From assembly GCA_045649925.1 (NCBI GenBank), contig JAZRQS010000027.1:4795-68794 (forward strand): a stretch of DNA of 64,000 nucleotides, given 5' to 3'. Every line of letters starts with the position of its first letter. Position 1 is the first letter of the stretch. Both the position numbers and the translations under genes were made by a program. The notes beneath the pieces were generated by a model. That model had not been told where the DNA came from. It worked only from the letters and a program-made list of their open reading frames with translations, and did not search any database. Shown here one piece after another: positions 1 to 7,440 of the stretch. This stretch comes from Eubacteriales bacterium. Lineage in GTDB: Bacteria > Bacillota > Clostridia > Oscillospirales > CAG-272.

Positions 1-654
1 AATAAGTGCCATATAACTGTATGCCGCAATAGCGATAGCTCCGAGAAGCTCAGGAGCGAGCTGCTTTGTGACGAGAATTGCCGTAGGTCCGTCCGCGCCA
101 CCGATAATACCGATAGCAGCTGACTGCATAGGCGTAAAGCCGAGGAACAAAGCAAAGAAGAATGCCGCAAAGACTCCAAACTGAGCTGCAGCGCCCATAA
201 GAAGGCTTATGGGGTTTGCTATAAGGGGAGAGAAGTCGGTCATAGCACCTACACCAAGGAAGATGAGCGAGGGGTAAATACCGAGCTTAACTCCGAGGTA
301 AAGTATGTCTACAAGACCGCCGTTGTTGATAACCTCTTTGATAACCTCAGACATTTTAATATGTCCGTCAACGTACATATCAGCAAAGGCATCGATAGGA
401 TACTTTGCGAGATAGTAGTCATCAAAGAAAAAGTCAAGATGTATCAGCTCTGCGCCGGGGAGGTTTGCCAAAAGCATACCGAAAGCGATGGGGAGCAAGA
501 GCAAGGGCTCAAACTTTTTAACTACTGCCAAATAAAAGAGCGTGAACACTATAACATACATTATAAGTGTTTTCCAGGCGCCGTCGCTTTCGAGCATTTT
601 AGCAATTCCCGTAGAGCCGATAAATGATTTTATGGCTACAAGAATTTCTGACAT
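1..654 (-). CDS. Na+-translocating decarboxylase beta (membrane pump) subunit, OadB/MmdB/GcdB family; C-terminus lies outside the window
   Basis: Not in the ORF track because it is open at the window edge. Translation from ATG at 654-652 gives MSEILVAIKSFIGSTGIAKMLESDGAWKTLIMYVIVFTLFYLAVVKKFEPLLLLPIAFGMLLANLPG..., hydrophobic and OadB-like. It is last in an operon with carboxyltransferase, OadG-like and BCCP genes. Confidence 0.8.
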   Translation of the reverse strand, partial: MSEILVAIKSFIGSTGIAKMLESDGAWKTLIMYVIVFTLFYLAVVKKFEPLLLLPIAFGMLLANLPGAELIHLDFFFDDYYLAKYPIDAFADMYVDGHIKMSEVIKEVINNGGLVDILYLGVKLGIYPSLIFLGVGAMTDFSPLIANPISLLMGAAAQFGVFAAFFFALFLGFTPMQSAAIGIIGGADGPTAILVTKQLAPELLGAIAIAAYSYMALI

Positions 655-677
655 TTGATGTTACCAATCCTTCCGAA

Positions 678-1067
678 TTAGTTGAGGCTAACGAGCACGT
701 CGCCTGCCTGTACGGAAGCGCCCTTGCTTACGGAAATAGCAGCAACTGTTCCGTCAGCGGGAGCAGGAATGTCGTTTTCCATCTTCATTGCCTCGAGAAC
801 GCAGAGAACGTCGCCCTTCTTAACTGTAGCGCCGACAGCAACCTTTACGTCAAGGATGGTGCCGGGCATAGGAGCTGTAACGTCGTTTGCGCCTGCTGCC
901 TTAGGAGCTGCCTTAGGAGCAGGAGCTGCTGCAGGAGCAGCGGCAACGGGAGCAGCTACGGGTGTAGCTACGGGAGCAGCAACGGGAGCTGCGGATGCAA
1001 TAGCACCAACCTCTTCCACAGATACGCTGTAGGTTGTGCCGTTTACTGTTATATTATACTGTTTCAT
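678..1067 (-). CDS. Biotin carboxyl carrier subunit of the decarboxylase (MmdC/GcdC/OadA-C-terminal type)
   Basis: Biotinyl-lysine motif EAMKMEN, Ala/Pro-rich linker ([33 protein letters not shown]), AAGGAG SD before the ATG. Confidence 0.9.
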   Translation of the reverse strand: MKQYNITVNGTTYSVSVEEVGAIASAAPVAAPVATPVAAPVAAAPAAAPAPKAAPKAAGANDVTAPMPGTILDVKVAVGATVKKGDVLCVLEAMKMENDIPAPADGTVAAISVSKGASVQAGDVLVSLN

Positions 1068-1096
1068 TTTGAATTACTCCTTTGTAAAATAGAATA

Positions 1097-1471
1097 TTAT
1101 TTTCTCTTGAAAGATACGACTCTGAATTTCGCACCTGGGTTTTCAGCGCTAGCCGCCGCTATTGCCGCAGCTATAACAGCGATTATCTCTTCTTGCTCAT
1201 TTGAAGCTGACGGTGCAGGCTGGGGAGCAGCCACCACTACAGGCTCTGCCTTTTTGGGAGCGCTTACTGCCTTCTTCTCGCCAGAGAGAAGTCTGCTTGA
1301 AATCGCATTGAATATGAACAATACTATGCAAAGCGAAACAAGGACTGCAAATACGATTCCCATACCAACAAGCAGCATTTTTCCACCGTAGGCGAGCTTG
1401 TCAGCGAAATTTGCGATAGGCTGATTTACGTCTACCTCGAGCAAAAACTGTGTTGCGTAAAAATTAAACAT
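1097..1471 (-). CDS. OadG-family small membrane subunit of the Na+ decarboxylase
   Basis: Single TM helix (LLVGMGIVFAVLVSLCIVLFIF), Ala/Pro linker, C-terminal AAIAAA..GAKFRVVSFKR typical of OadG/MmdD. Start moved to ATG 1471, which has a GGAGG 8 nt upstream. Confidence 0.75.
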   Translation of the reverse strand: MFNFYATQFLLEVDVNQPIANFADKLAYGGKMLLVGMGIVFAVLVSLCIVLFIFNAISSRLLSGEKKAVSAPKKAEPVVVAAPQPAPSASNEQEEIIAVIAAAIAAASAENPGAKFRVVSFKRK

Positions 1472-1492
1472 AATGTCTACCTCCAATCAAAA

Positions 1493-2923
1493 TCAGAGGG
1501 GAAGGGTGGAGTGCTTAGCGAATATTATTTCACCCTTGCCTGCAAGCATAAGCAATGCAGAGCAGATTCTTGCGCGAATTTCCGATACGGAAATAATATC
1601 ATCTATTTCACCGACAGAAGCAGCTGCAACAGGGGATGCAAGAGATGCCTTCCACTCCGCCTCGAGCTCTTCTCTCGACTTTTCAAGGGAAACCTTGTCG
1701 TTCCATGCGAATGCTACGGAAGCATCTGCGCCAAGTGCTGAGATCTCAGAGCTCTCTATTGCGTATGCAATGTCAGCGCCCATAGCCTTTGAGCCGAGTA
1801 TAGTAAATGCCGCGCCTATCGCATGTCCGAGTGTTACTGAAACCATGGGGATCTCTGCCTGAGCATAAGCGAGTGAAAGCTTTGCAAGGTCAGATGCGTA
1901 GCGATTTCCATTCTCGTCAATGGAGAGACCCATTGAATCTACGAGGTTTACTACAGGAATGTTGAATGCATCGCAGAAGCTTACGAGCTTAGCAGCCTTG
2001 TTTGCTCCGTCAGATGTGATACGGCCCTCGTTTACTGCAAAGTCAGTAGCTACGATACCGCAGTTAACACCACCGATAGTAGCAAGTGCAGTAACTACCT
2101 CAGATGCATAGCCAGCGTAAAGCTCCATGTATCTGCCGTTGTCTGCTACACTTGAAATAAGAGTGTGTATGTCGTTTGCCGCTGATTCGTCTATCAGCTT
2201 GTTGAGGTCGTCTGCGCAGTCATATACGCAAACATCAGAGGATGCGTTGTCAGGGATATAATCCATCACGCTTCTGATGTGGAGTGCAGCTGAGGATGCA
2301 TCGTCTACGATAGCGGAGATCGCAGAGAGCTCTGCATTTGCAGACTTGTTAAACTCAGGAGCAGTCACATAGAATGAAGATGACTTTACCTTAACTACAT
2401 AGTCGAACATTGCAGCAATAGATGCGCTTGTTCCTATGCATGCTCCGCTTACAACGGCGATCTGAGGAACAGCTCCAGATGCCTCTGCTACGGACTTCAT
2501 GATCTTTCCGTATGCGGCAAGGGAAGCAGCGCCTTCAAAAATGTCTGCGCCACCGCAATTGAAGATAGCTACGACGGGGGCAGCGTTCTTGAGAGCGAGG
2601 TCATAAAGCTCGCATATCTTCTTTGCATGATTTTCGTCGATAGCGCCCTTCATGCGAGTGGAGTCCTGAGCGAAAGCGAATGCGAGTCTTCCGTTGATCG
2701 CACCGTATCCGCAAATAACTCCTTCAAGAAGATTTTCCTTTTCGTTTACAACTACCTCGTTGAATTTACGCTTTGTGAAAGCACCGATCTCGATGAATGT
2801 ATTCGCATCAAAAATCTGCGAAATCAAGCTGCGAGTATCGGATTTTTCGGTAGCATTCAACGCTTCTTTGAGTTCCTGCACTGTAGGTAATACGCGTGCA
2901 GAATAATTCAAGCTTTTATCCAA
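1493..2923 (-). CDS. Carboxyltransferase (alpha) subunit of a biotin-dependent acyl-CoA/oxoacid decarboxylase; divergent
   Basis: Carboxyl-transferase layout: ...GYGAINGRLAFAFAQDSTRMKGAIDE...NCGGADIFEGAASLAAYGKIM...VPQIAVVSGACIG... The N-terminus resembles MmdA (PTVQELKEAL). The start is uncertain (TTG, no SD). Confidence 0.8.
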   Translation of the reverse strand: MDKSLNYSARVLPTVQELKEALNATEKSDTRSLISQIFDANTFIEIGAFTKRKFNEVVVNEKENLLEGVICGYGAINGRLAFAFAQDSTRMKGAIDENHAKKICELYDLALKNAAPVVAIFNCGGADIFEGAASLAAYGKIMKSVAEASGAVPQIAVVSGACIGTSASIAAMFDYVVKVKSSSFYVTAPEFNKSANAELSAISAIVDDASSAALHIRSVMDYIPDNASSDVCVYDCADDLNKLIDESAANDIHTLISSVADNGRYMELYAGYASEVVTALATIGGVNCGIVATDFAVNEGRITSDGANKAAKLVSFCDAFNIPVVNLVDSMGLSIDENGNRYASDLAKLSLAYAQAEIPMVSVTLGHAIGAAFTILGSKAMGADIAYAIESSEISALGADASVAFAWNDKVSLEKSREELEAEWKASLASPVAAASVGEIDDIISVSEIRARICSALLMLAGKGEIIFAKHSTLPL

Positions 2924-3120
2924 GTTGAATTCCCGATTTGCAACTGCAAATCTCTCCTTCCAAATTTATTTAACAATGTTATGGGTGAAAACAACCAATT
3001 TCCACCAAATATAATATACCATCAAAGCCGAAAAAAGTCAATAGAAATAACGATTTTATTTTATTATTTATTAAATATATTAGTATATACATACAAAGTC
3101 CACACCCACTCTCAAAAAGG

Positions 3121-3175
3121 CAAACAAAAGAGGCTATCGAGGGGAGAAAACACCCGTATCCGATAGCCTGTTTTT
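3121..3175 (-). terminator. Intrinsic terminator after the XRE-TPR regulator gene
   Basis: 9-bp arms AGGCTATCG (3131-3139) and CGATAGCCT (3161-3169), flanked by A-rich and T-rich runs on both sides. Confidence 0.75.
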
Positions 3176-3185
3176 GTGTATGTAG

Positions 3186-4031
3186 TTATGATTTGAATGC
3201 GGAAAGCAGCGCTATTCGCTTGCTTGAGTATTTATACGCCTTTTCGTAGTCACGAAGCTCCTTGCAGCAATACTCCATATCGCTATAGATGTTGAAGAGT
3301 ACGGTGGCGTCGACGCCAAGAGAGGACTTGTTTTCCTCTATCTGTGACATGATCGCCATAGCATCGACATAGTGGAAGGAGCGCATAAGCTCCTTGGCAC
3401 GCAGATGATTTGCCATAGTTTCGTTGAAGAATGAGTGCGTCCTGTCCTCAATAATGTAGCAATAAAGATCAAGGCAGACGGCATCGTTTACATGCTTTAA
3501 AAATTCAATGGAATTAAACTCAAGCTTAGGGGACTGCACATTTTCCGATATAGCTCCGATAAGTGAGGCGGTAGCCCTAATATCGTGAGTGGGGTAAATC
3601 GTTTTTTGTGAGTATTCGAGTGCCTTCTTTATGTGAAGAGCAGCGGTGTCGAGATTGCCGTTGAACAAATTTGTTTTCGCACATTCTATGTAGGAGTGCG
3701 CCAGCATAAGCGCAATCTCGTCGTCTGTATCGTTTAGCTCGTTTTCAAAGACGGTGATACAACCGAGGTATCTTTTCTGAGAAAATTCATTTTTGATCTT
3801 TTCAATTGCCGCCTTCTTCTCAAAGGGGAAAATGTCATTTTCCTCAGAAACGAGATATTCGGGTGGCACATTGAGATTTTTTGCTATCTGCAGCAATGTC
3901 GAAAGGGAAGGGGAAGCCTTTCCGCTTTCTATCTGGCTGAGCATATTTCTCGTTATTATATCACCGCACAGCTGTGACTGAGTGATACCCTTTTGCTTTC
4001 TTATTTCCTTGATTTTTGTTCCTATATCCAT
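3186..4031 (-). CDS. XRE-family HTH transcriptional regulator with a C-terminal TPR-like helical-repeat domain (Rgg/RNPP-like architecture)
   Basis: N-terminal HTH_3: IKEIRKQKGITQSQLCGDIITRNMLSQIESGKASPSLSTLLQIAKNLNV. About 210 aa of helical repeats follow (GNLDTAALHIKKALEYS, RDYEKAYKYSSKRIALL). Confidence 0.8.
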   Translation of the reverse strand: MDIGTKIKEIRKQKGITQSQLCGDIITRNMLSQIESGKASPSLSTLLQIAKNLNVPPEYLVSEENDIFPFEKKAAIEKIKNEFSQKRYLGCITVFENELNDTDDEIALMLAHSYIECAKTNLFNGNLDTAALHIKKALEYSQKTIYPTHDIRATASLIGAISENVQSPKLEFNSIEFLKHVNDAVCLDLYCYIIEDRTHSFFNETMANHLRAKELMRSFHYVDAMAIMSQIEENKSSLGVDATVLFNIYSDMEYCCKELRDYEKAYKYSSKRIALLSAFKS

Positions 4032-4061
4032 ATCTGTTCCTATGTATTTGAATTTTTACGT

Positions 4062-4787
4062 TCAGCTGGCGCTTGCGCCAAAGTCGTATATGTCGTCTAT
4101 TTCAGATTCGGTAATATCGTCGGTCAATCGGGTGATTTCCGTATATGCATCGGGCACCTCTCCCACAATTACAGTGCTCATTACGGGAAAGGATTGCTTT
4201 ATGTTAACTCGCTCTATTTTTGATGGTAGCAATATGCTGATGTCAAAGCAAACGGTGAAATATATGCGATAGAGTGTCTGGTTTATACCGAGCTCTGTGA
4301 AGGCGTTTTCAAAATAGGCGTTGAAACCGTTTGAAATATCGGTATATATGCTTACGTCAGGACCTCGCCCCGACAAGAAATTTATCCCCGAAATATTTCC
4401 TAAAGGGATTTTCACGCATATCTTTTCGTAGTAGTTTACGCTTCTCAAAATTTCCGATACGAGAAGCGTGCGTGCCGTCAGCAATTCCGATGTGTTTACA
4501 TTCAAGGAGGAAATCGAGCCGTCGTTTTTTGTGGTCAATGTGACAAGACTCCTGAAAAGAGAAGAGTTTTCCACAATCTGACGGCTGACACTTGCATTTA
4601 TTTTGTCAGTAAGGGTGGTCTGCAGGCTTGCATACGTGTAGCTTGAAATCAAGGGATATACCCGAAAATTTAAAAGCAGTATGGCAAAAACCAGCACAAC
4701 CGATACCACCAAAAAGGGCTTTCTGGCTTTTTTTGTCTTGCGCCGTTTGTCCCCGATATAGAATATACTGTCAGCCAAGCAAATCAC
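4062..4787 (-). CDS. yunB: Sporulation protein YunB
   Basis: N-terminal basic stretch plus TM. Central IPLGNISGINFLSGRGPDVSI and C-terminal VIVGEVPDAY match the YunB pattern (B. subtilis IPLGQVTGNSLLGNLGPKIPV...GEVP). Confidence 0.7.
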   Translation of the reverse strand: MICLADSIFYIGDKRRKTKKARKPFLVVSVVLVFAILLLNFRVYPLISSYTYASLQTTLTDKINASVSRQIVENSSLFRSLVTLTTKNDGSISSLNVNTSELLTARTLLVSEILRSVNYYEKICVKIPLGNISGINFLSGRGPDVSIYTDISNGFNAYFENAFTELGINQTLYRIYFTVCFDISILLPSKIERVNIKQSFPVMSTVIVGEVPDAYTEITRLTDDITESEIDDIYDFGASAS

Positions 4788-4820
4788 CTCGCTACAGTAT
4801 ATGCGAGTGCTTTGTTTTCG

Positions 4821-5870
4821 TTACTCCTCTTCGTTTGAAGGGGAGGTCTTTTTAGGCGCCTTTATTTCAATGTCTGACAAGGGATTTGCATCTACTGCGC
4901 TTGCCATATTCTCGTTGCTTACGTGGGTATATATTTGCGTCGTGTTGAGCTGCTCGTGACCGAGAATGTCCTTGAGCACTCGCACATCTACATTTCCCGA
5001 TTGATACATAAGCGTGGCGGCGGTATGGCGTAGCTTATGCACCGAGAAGCCTCTGTGGTCAAGACCTGCCTCGTCGAGATGCTTATATACGAGCCATTGC
5101 ACCGTTTTGTTGCTTATTCTTGTCTGGCGGTTGCTCAAAAACAGAGCAAGCGTCTGCAATTTTGCAGTGTCGCCGCTTGTGCGCTCTCTGAGATAATCGA
5201 CAAGCGCACGCCTGCACGCATCATTCAGATATACGATACGCTCCTTTGAGCCTTTTCCAGTTACCCTTATCGAGCGGAGCTCCTGGTCGATGTCCGTCAG
5301 GTCTATGTTGACAAGCTCGGAAAGTCGCATTCCGCAGTTCAAAAACAGCGTAACGATAGCAAAATCTCTTTTTGCATTTTTAGAGCTTGTGTCGGATTTT
5401 ATGGTCTGTAAAAGCGAAACGCTTTCTTCAAGTGTGAGATGCTTCGGAAGGGTAGAGTGCTTTTTTGGCGCTGAAATTTCTGCGACGGGATTTACCTCAA
5501 GTACTCTTTTTTTAGAGGTGAGATATTTGAAAAAAGCCTTGAGAGATGAGAGCTTTCGAGAGCGCGATGCCCAGCCGTTTCCTCGTGTCTGGTTTACAAA
5601 CATCAGGTACTCGTAGACAGTCTCCGTCTTTATCTTCTTCACGTATTCAAGGTCAATTTTGCTGATGTCTATAGACGTAAATTCCTCGCTCTCCGCATCA
5701 ATAAAAAGACGGCGAGATTCCGTATATCTGAAGAAGGTGCGTAGGTCAAGCAGGTATTCGCATACCGTCTTTTCAGAGCATCCCTCTATGACAGATTTGT
5801 AGGAAGCAAATTCACGTACTATTTCGGGGAATTGGAGCATATCCTCGCTTTTCAGTGTAAGTACAGCCAT
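4821..5870 (-). CDS. Tyrosine site-specific recombinase, XerC/XerD-like
   Basis: SAM-like N-domain and catalytic C-domain with ...GMRLSEL..., HKLRHTAATLMYQ and LGHEQLNTTQIYTHV (R..HxxR..Y). Confidence 0.85.
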   Translation of the reverse strand: MAVLTLKSEDMLQFPEIVREFASYKSVIEGCSEKTVCEYLLDLRTFFRYTESRRLFIDAESEEFTSIDISKIDLEYVKKIKTETVYEYLMFVNQTRGNGWASRSRKLSSLKAFFKYLTSKKRVLEVNPVAEISAPKKHSTLPKHLTLEESVSLLQTIKSDTSSKNAKRDFAIVTLFLNCGMRLSELVNIDLTDIDQELRSIRVTGKGSKERIVYLNDACRRALVDYLRERTSGDTAKLQTLALFLSNRQTRISNKTVQWLVYKHLDEAGLDHRGFSVHKLRHTAATLMYQSGNVDVRVLKDILGHEQLNTTQIYTHVSNENMASAVDANPLSDIEIKAPKKTSPSNEEE

Positions 5871-5950
5871 TAAATAATCACCTCACACGTTTATTATACA
5901 ACATTCCTATAATTTTTAGTGGATAATTTGTAAACAATTGCGCCCCCCAC

Positions 5951-5979
5951 TTGAATTAAAGGCTTATATTATGTAGAAT
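5951..5979 (+). promoter_or_regulatory. Sigma-A-type promoter for the 6041 membrane-protein gene
   Basis: TTGAAT (5951-5956), 17-nt spacer, TAGAAT (5974-5979). Confidence 0.5.
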
Positions 5980-6040
5980 ATATTGTATCAAAGCCTGCGC
6001 GTGATGTCGGGCTATAAAACTGTGAAAGTGTTAAAACGCT

Positions 6041-6628
6041 ATGAAATTCATAAAAGACAATTTTTATAACGTGTTTAAGCTTATGATAAATCAGTTTGGA
6101 ATGATGATTTTCGGTCTGGTTCTTTCATTTGCTACCGCAGGAATGCAGGGAGAAATCTCATCCAAAATGTTCACGATAGTGAGCTTGTTTTCCGTTGGTT
6201 TTTATATGGTTCTCATCTACTATATGGTGTGGGAGCTTGGCGCAAGGGATATCATAAGAGTGGAGTCGGGAAGACAGAAATACGACCGCTTCTATGGTAC
6301 AAAGATAGCACTGCTTGCAAATGTGCCAAATCTTCTGATAGCGTTTGCCGGAGTTATAGGCTACCTCTTCGGATATGTGTTTACACAGGGTGAGCTTGGC
6401 ATGGGTATGCTCGGATTTTCTCACTTGATAAGCGGATTTATTCAGGCGCCGTATCTTGGAATTGTGAAGCAGCTGCTTTCCTCCTTCGGTTTGGCGGAAA
6501 GCTACCTTGCGAGAGCTATTGTATACATTATAACTACGATTCCGTCTATACTCGTAGCTTCATTTGCCTATGTTCTCGGATGCAAAAATTTCAGAATTTT
6601 TCCTGCTTCAAAGGGAAAGAATGCATAA
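6041..6628 (+). CDS. Hypothetical polytopic membrane protein (4-5 TM), family not recognised
   Basis: Hydrophobic segments (MMIFGLVLSFATAG, FTIVSLFSVGFYMVLIYYMVW, IALLANVPNLLIAFAGVIGYLFGYVF, IVYIITTIPSILVASFAYVLG). It has its own promoter and a strong terminator. Confidence 0.6.
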   Translation: MKFIKDNFYNVFKLMINQFGMMIFGLVLSFATAGMQGEISSKMFTIVSLFSVGFYMVLIYYMVWELGARDIIRVESGRQKYDRFYGTKIALLANVPNLLIAFAGVIGYLFGYVFTQGELGMGMLGFSHLISGFIQAPYLGIVKQLLSSFGLAESYLARAIVYIITTIPSILVASFAYVLGCKNFRIFPASKGKNA

Positions 6629-6659
6629 CCATAATATAACTGTAATATAAGCGATAAAA

Positions 6660-6699
6660 CCTCCACATATTCTTATAAAACGATATGTGGGGGTTTTTT
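6660..6699 (+). terminator. Intrinsic terminator
   Basis: 11-bp stem CCTCCACATAT / ATATGTGGGGG (one G-U pair), 12-nt loop, T6 run at 6694-6699. Confidence 0.8.
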
Positions 6700-7427
6700 C
6701 TTTGAAATCAATATTTACTGCAAAAAATCTTTTTGCTGTTTTGCTATGTATTGCATGCCTTTTTTCGTCTTTTACGTTTGTTTCTATCGCATTGCTGTTT
6801 CGTGACAAAAGTGATACAGCCTCCGTTTTGGCGGCGAATAACGTAACTGTCATAATAGATGCAGGTCATGGCGGCGAGGACTGTGGCACGATAGGTGTAA
6901 ACGGAGTTTTCGAAAAGGATATAAACTTGTCTGTGGCAAAGGAGCTTGAGCATTTGCTGACACAAGAGGGAATAAACGTCATTATGACGCGCACTGAGGA
7001 CAAGCTGCTTTACACCGAGGCACAGAATATAAAGGGGCAGAAAAAGCAGTTTGACCTAAAAAACCGACTTGAGTATGCAAAGAGCAATCCCGACGCCATT
7101 TTTGTCAGTATTCACATGAACAATTTTCATATGGAGAGTTGTAGGGGAATACAGGTCTATTATTCAGGGCAAAGCGAGGAAAGCTCAAGACTTGCCCAAA
7201 GCATACAGTCGTCGGTGACGGATAATCTTCAGACATATAACACGAGAAAAATAAAATCAAGCGGTGGAGAGATATACCTGCTTGACAATGCGGTCGGCGT
7301 AGCGGTGCTTGTAGAGTGTGGTTTTTTGTCAAATCGGGAGGAATGTGAAAAATTATCCGAAAAAGATTATCAAAGGCAATTGTCTTTTAGGATTTTTTGT
7401 GGTATTATGGAGTATATAAACAATTAG
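6687..7427 (+). CDS. cwlD: N-acetylmuramoyl-L-alanine amidase, CwlD-type (germination-specific)
   Basis: Signal anchor followed by an Amidase_3 domain: VIIDAGHGGEDCGTIG...EKDINL...IFVSIHMN...LVECGFLSN. The start is ambiguous (GTG 6687 inside the terminator stem, or TTG 6702). Confidence 0.8.
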   Translation: MGVFSLKSIFTAKNLFAVLLCIACLFSSFTFVSIALLFRDKSDTASVLAANNVTVIIDAGHGGEDCGTIGVNGVFEKDINLSVAKELEHLLTQEGINVIMTRTEDKLLYTEAQNIKGQKKQFDLKNRLEYAKSNPDAIFVSIHMNNFHMESCRGIQVYYSGQSEESSRLAQSIQSSVTDNLQTYNTRKIKSSGGEIYLLDNAVGVAVLVECGFLSNREECEKLSEKDYQRQLSFRIFCGIMEYINN

Positions 7428-7440
7428 AAGGTACATTGAT

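Noticed and set aside
880-1010. Repetitive GC-rich DNA (GCAGC/GGAGC units)
   Set aside because: It encodes the Ala/Pro-rich flexible linker normal for biotinyl carrier proteins. It is not an independent repeat element.
624-1391. 255-aa Cys/Ser/Gly-rich plus-strand ORF (and 682..1032) across the decarboxylase genes
   Set aside because: It is the complement of the Ala/Pro-linker coding sequence and the neighbouring genes. The low-complexity translation is an artefact of GC-rich repeats.
2981-3166. 61-aa plus-strand ORF in the regulator/decarboxylase intergenic region
   Set aside because: It is AT-rich, has no SD and runs straight through the terminator hairpin. It is most likely spurious.
4821-5870. 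Tyrosine recombinase as a marker of an integrated mobile element
   Set aside because: I saw no flanking phage, conjugation or IS genes, no adjacent tRNA and no direct repeats. The neighbours are conserved sporulation genes. It is more consistent with a chromosomal Xer-type recombinase.
5960-5998. Inverted repeats bracketing promoters (AAGGCTT...AAGCCT at 5960-5998; CTTGCCT...AGGCAAG at about 46299-46347)
   Set aside because: The arms are short (6-7 bp), only two instances exist, and the sequences differ. This is insufficient to claim a regulatory element.
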